A DNA stretch of 64,000 nucleotides from NCBI GenBank assembly GCA_002269645.1, contig NIVC01000087.1, forward strand, positions 682,001 through 746,000, written 5' to 3'. The DNA comes from Macrostomum lignano. Taxonomy: Eukaryota. The number at the start of each line of letters is the position of its first letter. Position 1 is the first letter of the stretch. Positions 10,838 through 22,834 of the stretch are shown one piece after another. The notes below the pieces were generated by a model. It was not told the origin of the DNA and searched no databases. It saw only the letters and a program-made list of their open reading frames with translations. Both the position numbers and the translations under genes were made by a program.

Positions 10838-11620
10838 TTAGTGTCTTGGTGTGTCAGTGTCTTGGTGTGTCAGTGTGTTGGTGTGTCAGTGTTTTGGTGT
10901 GTCAGTGTCTTAGTGTGTCAGTGTGTTGGTGTGTCAGTGTATTGGTGTGTCGGTGTATTGGTGTGTCAGTGTATTGGTGTGTCAGTGTATTGGTGTGTCA
11001 GTGTATTGGTGTGTCAGTGTATTGGTGTGTCAGTGTATTGGTGTGTCAGTGTATTGGTGTGTCGGTGTCTTAGTGTGTCAGTGTGTTGGTGTGTCAGTGT
11101 GTTGGTGTGTCAGTGTGTTGGTGTGTCAGTGTCTTGGTGTGTCAGTGTATTGGTGTGTCAGTGTATTGGTGTGTCAGTGTATTGGTGTGTCAGTGTATTG
11201 GTGTGTCAGTGTCTTGGTGTGTCAGTGTCTTTGTGTGTCAGTGTATTGGTGTGTCAGTGTATTGGTGTGTCAGTGTATTGGTGTGTCAGTGTGTTGGTGT
11301 GTCAGTGTGTTGGTGTGTCAGTGTATTGGTGTGTCAGTGTCTTGGTGTGTCGGTGTATTGGTGTGTCAGTGTATTGGTGTGTCAGTGTATTGGTGTGTCA
11401 GTGTGTTGGTGTGTCAGTGTATTGGTGTGTCAGTGTCTTTGTGTGTCAGTGTATTGGTGTGTCAGTGTATTGGTGTGTCGGTGTCTTAGTGTGTCAGTGT
11501 GTTGGTGTGTCAGTGTGTTGGTGTGTCAGTGTGTTGGTGTGTCAGTGTATTGGTGTGTCAGTGTATTGGTGTGTCAGTGTCTTGGTGTGTCAGTGTATTG
11601 GTGTGTCAGTGTCTTGGTGC
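10838..11620. repeat. 16-bp minisatellite, about 49 copies
   Basis: Unit GTGTCAGTGT(A/G/C)TTGGT. Confidence 0.95.
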
Positions 11621-11717
11621 CTTACGAGTAATAAGTGAGTTTGCTAGTGCCTTGGTGCCGTGATATCTTAGCGTCTAAGCATCTTGTGCCTTAGCGTGTT
11701 AATACTGTAGCATCGCA

Positions 11718-11961
11718 GTGTGTTGGAGTCCTAGTGACTTAATGCACGAGTGGCATAGTGTGTTGGAGTCCTAGTGACTTAATGCACGAGTGGCATAGTG
11801 TGTTGGAGTCCTAGTGACTTAATGCACCAGTGGCATAGTGTGTTGGAGTCCTAGTGACTTAATGCACGAGTGGCATAGTGTGTTGGAGTCCTAGTGACTT
11901 AATGCACGAGTGGCATAGTGTGTTGGAGTCCTAGTGACTTAATGCACCAGTGGCATAGTGG
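11718..11961. repeat. 40-bp minisatellite, 6 copies
   Basis: TGTTGGAGTCCTAGTGACTTAATGCAC(G/C)AGTGGCATAGTG at 11721, 11761, ... 11921. Confidence 0.97.
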
Positions 11962-12526
11962 CTTGTTTTGTCTAGTTTGCCTGCATTGGCAGTATTGAAT
12001 ATTTCGATGCTTATCTTAGCGCCTCTGCCAGGAGACTTCATATGCAGCCCTCCTATCTGCAGAACTTGACTACTGTAGGAAATCCGCACATGGCTTCAGT
12101 AGATGTCTGTCTAATACTTGGCCCAGTGGAGAATAGCGAGGCTACTTCAGACCGTAATCAACTATTCTGGGTCAGGGGGGGGGGGAGCCGATCGGGTGAA
12201 ACTCGAGCAGTTTGGTTCGGTTAGCCGTGGATTCTGGCGAGAGAGGATCAATTTTGGCCAGATGGCTCTCGGGCGCCTCAGCCTGCCAATTTCATATTCG
12301 CTGCCAGCCAGTGCATGCAGTGGACGCCCAACTTTGAGTGAAACCAGCCCAAGGGGGGGGGAGAGTGGGGCTCGAGTGGCCTGGCGCGAAATATGCCTGC
12401 TTGAAGAAAAGTGAGCCGCATCTATACTGGAAGCTGCAGGCTTCAAGTAGTGGATAAAGTGCTCCAAAGTCTATATACCACTGTATGCTGCTTGTGTGAG
12501 GTTGCAGTCAGAAAACTGCTGGACAC

Positions 12527-12865
12527 GGAGTCTGTCTTGGCGTTTTGTCCGTCCCAGAGTCTGTCCCAGAGTCTGTCTTGGCGTTTTGTCCGTCCCAGAG
12601 TCTGTCCCAGAGTCTGTCTTGGCGTTTTGTCCGTCCCAGAGTCTGTCCCAGAGTCTGTCTTGGCGTTTTGTCCGTCCCAGAGTCTGTCCCAGAGTCTGTC
12701 CCAGAGTCTGTCCCAGAGTCTGTCCCAGAGTCTGTCCCAGAGTCTGTCCAGAGTCTGTCCCAGAGTCTGTCCCAGAGTCTGTCCAGAGTCTGTCCCAGAG
12801 TCTGTCCCAGAGTCTGTCCCAGAGTCTGTCCCAGAGTCTGTCCCAGAGTCTGTCCCAGAGTCTGG
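12527..12865. repeat. Composite 44-bp/12-bp minisatellite (GAGTCTGTCCCA)
   Basis: Three or four longer units containing TTGGCGTTTTGTCC, then a run of 12-mers. Confidence 0.93.
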
Positions 12866-12911
12866 GTCTCTAAGTTGTTCCTGAGCTCTTCCAGACGCCG
12901 CCGCTACTCAC

Positions 12912-13043
12912 CGAAGCAGTCGGGTTCCGCTTCTTGGCGATGCAGAAGAGGCTCAGTGTCTGCACCAACCGAATCGCCGTCTGTGCCACCTGTCAGCTGA
13001 GTTGAAGGCAGCAGCGGCCGGTGAAGCGGTGGCGGCGTGCCAG
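12912..13043 (-). CDS. MPDZ: MPDZ-like linker exon between PDZ3 and PDZ4 (132 nt, symmetric phase 1)
   Basis: cattcctcag acceptor, G|gtgagt donor, open frame GTPPPLHRPLLPSTQLTGG..EAEPDCF. Confidence 0.75.
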
Positions 13044-13227
13044 CTGAGGAATGAGGAATTTTTATTATATCAAAATGTTTCGATATAAACTCCCTTAAGA
13101 CTCATAAGCTAATACGTGACGACAGGGTAGTCTAGAACGCGCAGATTTGTTTAATTTCACGACAGTATTTTCAAACTTCCTTGATTTCAAAGCAGAAAAT
13201 TCAAAGAGATCGAGTATGATGATTATA

Positions 13228-13400
13228 CGAGAATCTCAATCTACCGATGCAGAATCTCAGTTTACCGATGCAGAATCTCAATCTACCTAAGCAGAATCTC
13301 AGTTTACCAATGCAGAATCTCAGTTTACCAATGCAGAATCTCAGTTTACCAATGCAGAATCTCAATCCACCTATGCAGAATCTCAGTCTACCAATGTAGA
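13228..13400. repeat. 21-bp minisatellite, about 8 copies
   Basis: Unit GCAGAATCTCAGTTTACCAAT. Confidence 0.9.
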
Positions 13401-13427
13401 TTGACCAAAGTCAAGCTCCCAGCTTAC

Positions 13428-13563
13428 CAGCGCAAGTTTTGAGCTGCTCAAAGATGAGTCCACGCCTGTAGCGCACGAGTCTCAGCTGCACTGGGTCGTT
13501 GGCGCTCTTTAGTATCTCAACCGCCGCGCGATTTGACTGTCCCTCGAGACAGCAATTGTTCAC
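13428..13563 (-). CDS. MPDZ: MPDZ-like exon: C-terminal part of PDZ3
   Basis: VNNCCLEGQSNRAAVEILKSANDPVQLRLVRYRRGLIFEQLKTCA. Acceptor gcccag, donor G|gtaagc. Confidence 0.9.
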
Positions 13564-15929
13564 CTGGGCGACAATGCGACAAATTAATGAGTAATAATAA
13601 TACTGCTCAGACGTTTGTCCGACAACACCAAAGATAATTAGGTGCAGAAAATGCTGCTTGCACCCCTTGGTAGTGCTGGGGAATAAATGAATTGCGCCGC
13701 TGGTCGGCTGCCCCTCATAAATGTACGCCGGTCATGGAAGCCGGGGGGTGGTCGGTGGGGTAGAGGGGGGCTGTGAGTTCCCCCTCCCTTACCCAGCCAC
13801 CTCTAAGAACCTTGGAGCGTCTGTCCAACTGCCCGTCTTCCCAACTTGCCCCCCCCCTTCCAGTTCTAATAATCCCCTTTCCCCAGTTCCCCTTCCTCTC
13901 AAATTCTCCCCTCCGGTCTTCCTGGCTACCTTCTCCCCTCCTCCCCCTTAAATCCCAAAACTGCCAGCGCCTCATAAGCCCCGAAGCAGTGCAGACAAGG
14001 GGAGGGAGAAGAGAGTTTGGTAGCGGGGCAGTGCGTGTTTGGGCTTGGGGACACATGGCAGCGTCGCCAGCCAGGATCTGGTACTGGATAGGAAGAGAGG
14101 AAGAAAGAGATTCTACCAGAGCGAAGTCTCCATCGCCCCGTGCGCGCCGGAGCCAAGCAAGCACCCACCACCCTCCTTGAATTTCCCTTTTGCTTTAATC
14201 TTTTCTGTCTTCCTTCTTCCATTTTTGCCGCTAGGGATACCCCCAGATCTTGGACGCGTAACGAGCGACCCAATGGGGAAAGTTCAAGGCCTCCTCTCCC
14301 CCCTTCTCTTCCCAGCCCAACTCCCACGATTGCCGTCACGCTTTCGTGTCTTTCTTATTTTTCTATCATTTCCTGTCTGTCAATTTCTGTAGTGCCCTGT
14401 CGCCCTGTGACCTGCCAGGGTCTCCGCCGCTTTCTTTCTCTCGATCAGCGGCGTCTCCCGCTCCCTCGCTTTGGTCATGAATTGTTTGATCTGCTAAAAT
14501 GAGCAAAGGGCATTGCAGCCGTGTGTTTTTCTGTCTTCTGGGACGCTTCTTCTTTGAAGAGAGAAAGCGAGAAGAGCGAAGTGATGAAATTCAGCCGCCA
14601 GCTAAAAGCAGCTGGCGTTTGGCCAATGAATTCAGTCTACTATCGGAATGGAGCATCTTTTCCGCTGTCATTCACTGCGGCTCTTTATCGCAAGGTGGCC
14701 ATCTGAATATAATAAATCAATCTTGCATTTTGCCTATGGACACTTCAGTAGGCGGGCAAGGCCAGCTCTCCGGTGCTACTTGGGCCAGCAACGATCGATC
14801 GATTCTTTATTCGACGACAAAAACTAATCGATTTTCCATGAACGGCGAATCGGAATGGGACATTATTATAACGGAGCTCGTAGGATACGCAATGGGTAGT
14901 TTTTTTCGGTTGACATCATATGCCAAGGAACACGCAGATAAATCTATAGACTTCGAATCTACTTCATTTTTGAGACACCCTGCATCCTCATTATTTGCTT
15001 TGTTAAAAGCGAAGAACGGAGATGAGAGACAGTGAGAGAGAGGAGAGGTCAAGTCTCAACAGCCGGAAGGCCGCATGAGGTCTCGTTGGGCCAAGCTTCC
15101 TCCAGCTTGCCTCGGGAACTCTTCATCACCTTTCGCTAGGGGTCCCCCTTTGATTCGCTGGCACCCGGCTCAGTTCCCTCTCTCCGAGCTCGTCTGGCCT
15201 CGCTCATCAATCACGGGACAGTTTTTTTGTCAGGAAAAGGGATTATGCAGATTTTCAGTGGGGCTGCAGGGAGTTACCGCCAAGGAGAGCAAAGAGTGGA
15301 AAGGAGCCTGACTGAATGCTTTTTGGCTTTTTAGCCAGGGGAAGCTGTGAGAAGGAGATTTCTTGTTCAGCTCCCTTAAATCTCTGGTTTTGAAGCCCAG
15401 CTTTTTGCCATTTAAAGTACAACGTAAGCAGTCAGAGTTGTTGAGATGTTGCAAGTGATAAGATGCACTTGTGGAGAGTCAAGCCTAGCCACTATTCTGC
15501 TTTCCGGTTAAGTCAACCCCACGAGGCGACGAATGATTGCTTCTGCTGTTCGGTTTCTGTTGTCTTTTTTCAAAGACCTTCCTGTATGGTCTCTTCAGAA
15601 GGAGCATGAAAAAACACTTCACTCAATGGCCAAGCTTCGTCTATCATCGCATTACAGTGGACGTGTGGAACCTATTTTCCCCAAACACAGATTCCAGCAC
15701 AAATAAGCGAGTGGATACCTTTCCACTTTGATCAACGTGCAACAGTTGGTTCAGACCTCTTTTAAAATTTACTTGAGCAACCCTTGACCCCCGGATCTAC
15801 TAGAGGTAATACAATCCGGCCTTTAGAGATTTAGCGAGCGTCAATTAATCAATTAATCAATACGCTGAATGTAAATTCCAATTAGGAGAGACCAGAAATC
15901 AGACCAAGCATGAACAGCGTTTGTGGTGC

Positions 15930-16165
15930 AATGACTGGATCTATAAATAGACCAATGTACACATACATGGTGTACACAGGGAGCGCTTAAGAATGCAATG
16001 AGGGGAGAGGTAGGAGCTGGGGGAGTGAGCGCGGAATAGGCGCAGTGGTCAAGATCTATAAATAGACCAATTTGTACACAAATGATGTACACAGGGAGCG
16101 CTTCAGAATGCAATTAGTGGGGAGGAAGGGGCTGGGGGAGTGAGATTGCCGAGATCTATAAATAG
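15930..16165. repeat. ~115-bp tandem duplication
   Basis: GATCTATAAATAG occurs three times, and GTACACAGGGAGCGCTT(A/C)AGAATGCAAT twice. Confidence 0.75.
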
Positions 16166-16306
16166 CTTAATGTACATTTAAAAGATCCACAGTACATTTA
16201 TTGCGTCAGATGGAAAGCTATAAAGTACAGGCGAATGTCGTGGACTTAGAGAGAGGCATAGAGGGTTAGACGCATAAATGGTCAAATGTACTTATCAGCT
16301 ATTTAC

Positions 16307-16398
16307 CTCTACGATGCGGTCGTTAACTGTCAGCCGGCCGTCCCGCCACGCAGCGCTGCCCTCGGCGATGCTTTTGATGAATATTCCGCTCAGTTTAG
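16307..16398 (-). CDS. MPDZ: MPDZ-like exon: middle of PDZ3
   Basis: KLSGIFIKSIAEGSAAWRDGRLTVNDRIVE. Acceptor gttgttccag, donor GAG|gtaaat. Phase 1 to 0. Confidence 0.9.
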
Positions 16399-17441
16399 CT
16401 GGAACAACGAACCAAGGACGGTTCCCGAGGATGGGATGATGGGAGAATGCCGAGTCAGAATTACAGCGTATTGTTTTAAGCTCGCCTGATTACACACAGT
16501 TGTGTGCACCGGGGGGAGAGTTCTAGAGGCAGATTTTTGTCCAGCAACGCTTGACGAGAGAAATTTATTAGCGTTCGTTGATTTGCTGCGAAAATCACGG
16601 ATGCGAAAATAATAAAAGACACCAGCTGCGGCAAAATGTGGACGATGCCATCTGCGTGGTCCCTAGGATCGATTTGCATCATTGCTAGGAAATTCCCTGC
16701 ACTTTTTTCCTCTCCAACTGGGAATATGCGCAGAAAATCGTCGCTAGAACAACCCATTCTCTATCCTACCTTATCCCGTCATCCCGTCGGTCGGGCAACA
16801 TGATTTTTTCTACCTGAGATCTGCATATAAATCCAAAGGCTTAGTAATGCGTACGTACTAATGCGGAGTTCGCAGAGGCGCTTTGTCTGTTTGCATTGCT
16901 TCAGCAAATAGGCGAACTGAGAAGTATCGACTTGTGATTATTCCACATCTTTTTTCTCCCTCTCTCTGCTACCCTCCCAAAGCTGGCCTTGTGTTTCGTC
17001 CCTTTATCCGGTTCGCGCGAGTGCTCAAATCTGCCCCGAAGGCTGAAGCTGGCCCCGCGGCAGGCTTCTGGCCTGCTTCATCGGCTCGGGTTACAGAGGA
17101 GAGCTGGCTGACTCTTCTTCAACTTCTTCTTCTGCATGGCACTTCCCGAATGCGCCGCACGCACGCAGACACTCGCGCATGTATTGTTGTCAGCGAGGGG
17201 AGATGGTAATTAAACACTCAGGCGCTTGCTATGGGCCGGAATGCGCGGGGGCTCTCAACGTGTTGTGAGCGTCAACACGGCGGCGGCTAAAGTGTGTGCT
17301 CATGCTCACTGTTCCCCGATTCTAGAATCTTTTTACTTCTTACTTTAACAACCCAGACTCATAAATCCATATTTTTGCTTTAACTTTATACTCAACTCAA
17401 CATGCGTTTATTTCTCTCCACACATCCACTTGTGAATAGGT

Positions 17442-17863
17442 CTACTTCTCACTCCACCCGTCAGACTAGTAACCTACTTCTCACTCCACCCGTCAGACTA
17501 GTAACCTACTTCTCACTCCACCCGTCAGACTAGTAACCTACTTCTCACTCCACCCGTCAGACTAGTAACCTACTTCTCACTCCACCCGTCAGACTAGTAA
17601 CCTACTTCTCACTCCACCCGTTAGACTAGTAACCTACTTCTCACTCCACCCGTCAGACTAGTAACCTACTTCTCACTCCACCCGTCAGACTAGTAACCTA
17701 CTTCTCACTCCACCCGTCAGACTAGTAACCTACTTCTCACTCCACCCGTCAGACTAGTAACCTACTTCTCACTCCACCCGTCAGACTAGTAACCTACTTC
17801 TCACTCCACCCGTCAGACTAGTAACCTACTTCTCACTCCACCCGTCAGACTAGTAACCTACTT
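17442..17863. repeat. 32-bp minisatellite, about 13 copies, starting at intron position +3
   Basis: Unit TAGTAACCTACTTCTCACTCCACCCGTCAGAC. It abuts the donor at 17865. Confidence 0.97.
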
Positions 17864-17865
17864 AC

Positions 17866-18058
17866 CCAGCGCGGTTTCTCCAACATAGCCGGCAATTGTG
17901 ATGCCCAGCCCGCCTTCGAAGCCCCTCTGCAGCTCCACCCGGAAGTGTTCCACTTCCTCTTCCTCATCGTTATCATAATCATCCTTAATCCGATCTGCGC
18001 TCGATTTCGGCTCCTCAACGGCGTCCGTGGGCCCGTTGTTGGCGGTCCTTGGCGTCAC
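17866..18058 (-). CDS. MPDZ: MPDZ-like exon: linker plus start of PDZ3
   Basis: ..EVEHFRVELQRGFEGGLGITIAGYVGETAL (the MPDZ PDZ3 signature is GLGITIAGY). Acceptor ccaaatcag, donor G|gtaagt. Confidence 0.9.
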
Positions 18059-18574
18059 CTGATTTGGAAATAAAGTCAAATAATCACGTGACTGCTGCAG
18101 CGATGAGTCAGAGGGGGTCTGCTGGGCGCGTTAATCTCTCTAGTCTAGAGAGAGTCTTTCCTATTATTCGGCATGGAGTCAGACAGCCTCTCAGCTTCAT
18201 CTGGGAAATAGCTATATGCAAATCACCTGGGAGAAGATCTAGGGTGGGCTCATCAAAATTAACGATGAAGTGCCTGCTTTTATCGGAGGACAAGCTGTTG
18301 AAACCCGCGGATTTTGGACCCGGGGAATTCCAATCCCCGGAACTACTTTTGCATGTATTCTGAAATCTAAGGCCATAAACAAACAAAAACTTGTTAATAG
18401 TTCGTAGGATAGAGGTAGACATAAAATGGAGCACATTCGTGTAAAATTAGGGTTTGAGGCAAACATTGATATTGTTGGCTGGGGTACTCCGAAGAATGTC
18501 AGGCAATGTCTGTCTGACTCTAAAACATGTATTGGCAAACTCTAGCCTCTCCCTGACTCTCCCTACGTCCCTTA

Positions 18575-20035
<1,461 letters not shown>

Positions 20036-20869
20036 CTTTTCCTTTCCACTCTCATCTGGCCCGCACATAAGCTGGATTCTTTTTCTGGCTTTTGAAGTAA
20101 AAGTCTGCCGATCACTGCTTCGAAAGCCAGTTTGTGGGACGTACTACTCTCATCGTTATTCTCATGCTTTGATCACGTCATCTTTCTTGCCAATTTGCAG
20201 CCCTGAAAGGAATTTGTGTATCTTCAGCTCCACTGCAGTCTGCATCAGTCTAACAACCAAGGAAATACGCATTTCTTAGGAGGCCTTTAAAATTTACACA
20301 CTACTTTTAAAAGAAACCTAAAATTTCCATGGTGTGCCTAATTTAGTAGGGTTGTATTGCATTGTGCATTGCATCGCATCTCCTTTTCATAAATCTTTCG
20401 CTTTTACAAACCGCTTTTCGCTTTCGCTTTTTTGCTGGATTCCCTCGATTTGTCAATTGCCATCCACTGTTAAACTGCTGCAGAGTTTGCCAATACAGAG
20501 GGGAGGGCAGTGGTTAGAATTTCTCACTAAACTGTTATGGCTAAACGTAGCCTCTCCACTCTCGGGGTGCAGAGAAGGCTATAAATAAAGTCATTCCAAA
20601 ACACTGTACATTCGCTATGTACATTCAGTCCTATTGCCTGACCCTTCGTCTGGCTCTGGGGAATGAGTGAGTGAGTGGCACAAACAACAGAAAAAGCAGA
20701 CAAACTTCACATGCTTACAGTTTCTGTTCTGATTGAGTTAGAGAGTTGAAACTTTACATTTAGACAGAGAATGAATCAAAGAAGAATTGTGTTAAGTTAG
20801 AAGTCGTGGAGCTTCACGTGGAGCAAACTTATGGCAACTGAAAGTTAGTCAATTTTGAAACCCTTTTAC

Positions 20870-21255
20870 ACATCTGGGCCCAGATCGGGAAAGAGAGGCA
20901 GGCGGGCGGAGGTTGGGGTGGCTGCCTCGCTGAAAAAAACAGCCTAACTTTAAAAGTGCACAGCGGCTTTCAGGATTAACTTTGAGATTTGAAATTTTAC
21001 ACGATTGTGTCAAAATAGTTGAAAATTGCCTGTGTCAAATTTGAAGAGAATCGGTAGAAGTGGAGCGGCGCTATGGAGGATTTAGTTAAAAAATCGCGCA
21101 TTTTGAGCAGTTTTTTGTACTTTTAGGTAGGAAGACTTGAGTCTAGGAAATTAAAAGGTAGCCTAAGACATTCTCCGTAGTAAGTTTAGGGTGGGTGTAA
21201 AGTTTGGTGTAATTTGGTTGAGCGGTTTGGGAGTCCATAGCGAAGTAATTTGTCC

Positions 21256-21288
<33 letters not shown>

Positions 21289-21312
21289 GTTTTGATTTTT
21301 ATAGGTAGAGAT
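20870..21312 (+). mobile_element. Helentron/DINE-1 (HINE)-like non-autonomous element
   Basis: The AAATTTGA..AATCGGT motif, TTTGGTTGAGCGGTTTGGGAGTCCATAG, (CAGA)n at about 21255-21286 and a TTTTATAGGTAGAGAT end resemble invertebrate HINE/DINE-1 architecture. A 14-bp palindrome ATCTGGGCCCAGAT lies near 20870. Boundaries are approximate. Confidence 0.45.
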
Positions 21313-21464
21313 GATTAAGCGTTGGATAGAAGAATGGGGAAAAATGGAAAAAAATAATTTCAAGCTAACGGTTGTTCAGTCGATAGAGAGATTGTTAAAT
21401 GTCCTTATAAAAATCATCCTCTTAAAGGTGATAATGATTGAATTCTGACTGGCTTGAGAATAGA

Positions 21465-22186
21465 ATAGACAGTGGATCGGTGAGATTGAGCTGAGATTCG
21501 ATGGCCAGAGATGAGAATAGATATAAGTGGATCTGTGAGACTGAGACACGGTGGCCAGAGATTAGAATAGATAAACAGTGGATCTGTGAGACTGAGACAC
21601 GGTGGCCAGAGATTAGAATAGATATACAGTGGATCTGTGAGACTGAGACACGGTGGCCAGAGATGAGAATAGATATACAGTGGATCTGTGAGACTGAGAC
21701 ACGGTGGCCAGAGATGAGAATAGATATACAGTGGATCTGTGAGACTGAGACACGGTGGCCAGAGATGAGAATAGATATACAATGGATCTGTGAGACTGAG
21801 ACACGGTGGCCAGAGATGAGAATAGATATACAATGGATCTGTGAGGCTGAGACACGGTGGCCAGAGATGAGAATAGATATACAGTGGATCTGTGAGGCTG
21901 AGACACGGTGGCCAGAGATGAGAATAGATATGCAGTGGATCTGTGAGACTAAGACACGGTGGCCAGAGATTAGAATAGATATACAGTGGATGTGTGAGAC
22001 TGAGACACGGTGACAAGAGATTAGAATAGATATACAGTGGTTGTGTGAGACTGAGACACGGTGACAAGAGATTAGAATAGATATACAGTGGTTGTGTGAG
22101 ACTGAGACACGGTGACAAGAGATTAGAATAGATATACAGTGGTTGTGTGAGACTGAGACACGGTGGCCAGAGATGAGAATAGATAC
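21465..22186. repeat. 51-bp minisatellite, about 14 copies
   Basis: Unit GTGAGACTGAGACACGGTGGCCAGAGATGAGAATAGATATACAGTGGATCT, giving a 17-aa periodicity in the ORF track. Confidence 0.95.
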
Positions 22187-22834
22187 AGATGCAGTGGGGT
22201 TGGTGAGAACCCTAGATCCCGTTACTCCTTAGCGATTTTCTTTTTGAAACTGTTCGGATCTTGAGGCTAATATTATTGATTGTCTGTCTTTGTGGAAGGA
22301 GGATTAGCCCCCCCCCCCAGCCTGCAGCAGCGGTAGTAGCAAGACATACAGAGTGTCTGAGCGAACTGCTGGCGCTGGGAAGGCGAGGTGGGAATAATAT
22401 ATATTTTTTTCTTGAGCCCGGCAGGGCAGCCATTGCAGCTGAAAACTTTGGTCCCGCCTGCTCGGTCTTGGAGCTCGCGCTTGGCTCATGTCCAAGGGGA
22501 GAGGGGCAGGAGGGCTTTTCTTTCTTTCAAGCACAAAATCAATAATGCACTCAGACTAGCGAGGCCTCCCCTCTGGGGGAAGGGGGGGTTGCGAACCAGT
22601 TCAGCTCAGCACCCTCTGGCAAACACCCTCTTCACCCTCCCATGGGGTCCGCTGTTTTATATTATATACAATATTTGAGTTGGCTTCTTAATCTTCTTGG
22701 CAAAGACACTGGCTGGGCGGAGGCTACCAAGGACACGTAAGAGCCAGAGTCTGGAGTGGAAAATTTCCCCCCTAGGACACACTATCAAGCTTACTTGAGT
22801 TTCTCAGCTTATACGTACGAATCATACGTACGTT

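Noticed and set aside
10772-11638. Long ORFs over tandem arrays (also 21414-22118, 37489-38412, 43091-43672, 45642-46238, 56043-57314)
   Set aside because: They are periodic translations of stop-free repeat units in several frames, have no splice context and lie inside introns.
11718-11961. CRISPR-like appearance of the 29-57-bp arrays
   Set aside because: The units are directly contiguous with no unique spacers, there are no cas genes, and the context is eukaryotic.
14499-15035. 178-aa plus-strand ORF inside the MPDZ intron
   Set aside because: No recognisable domain, no supporting splice signals, and composition unlike the real exons.
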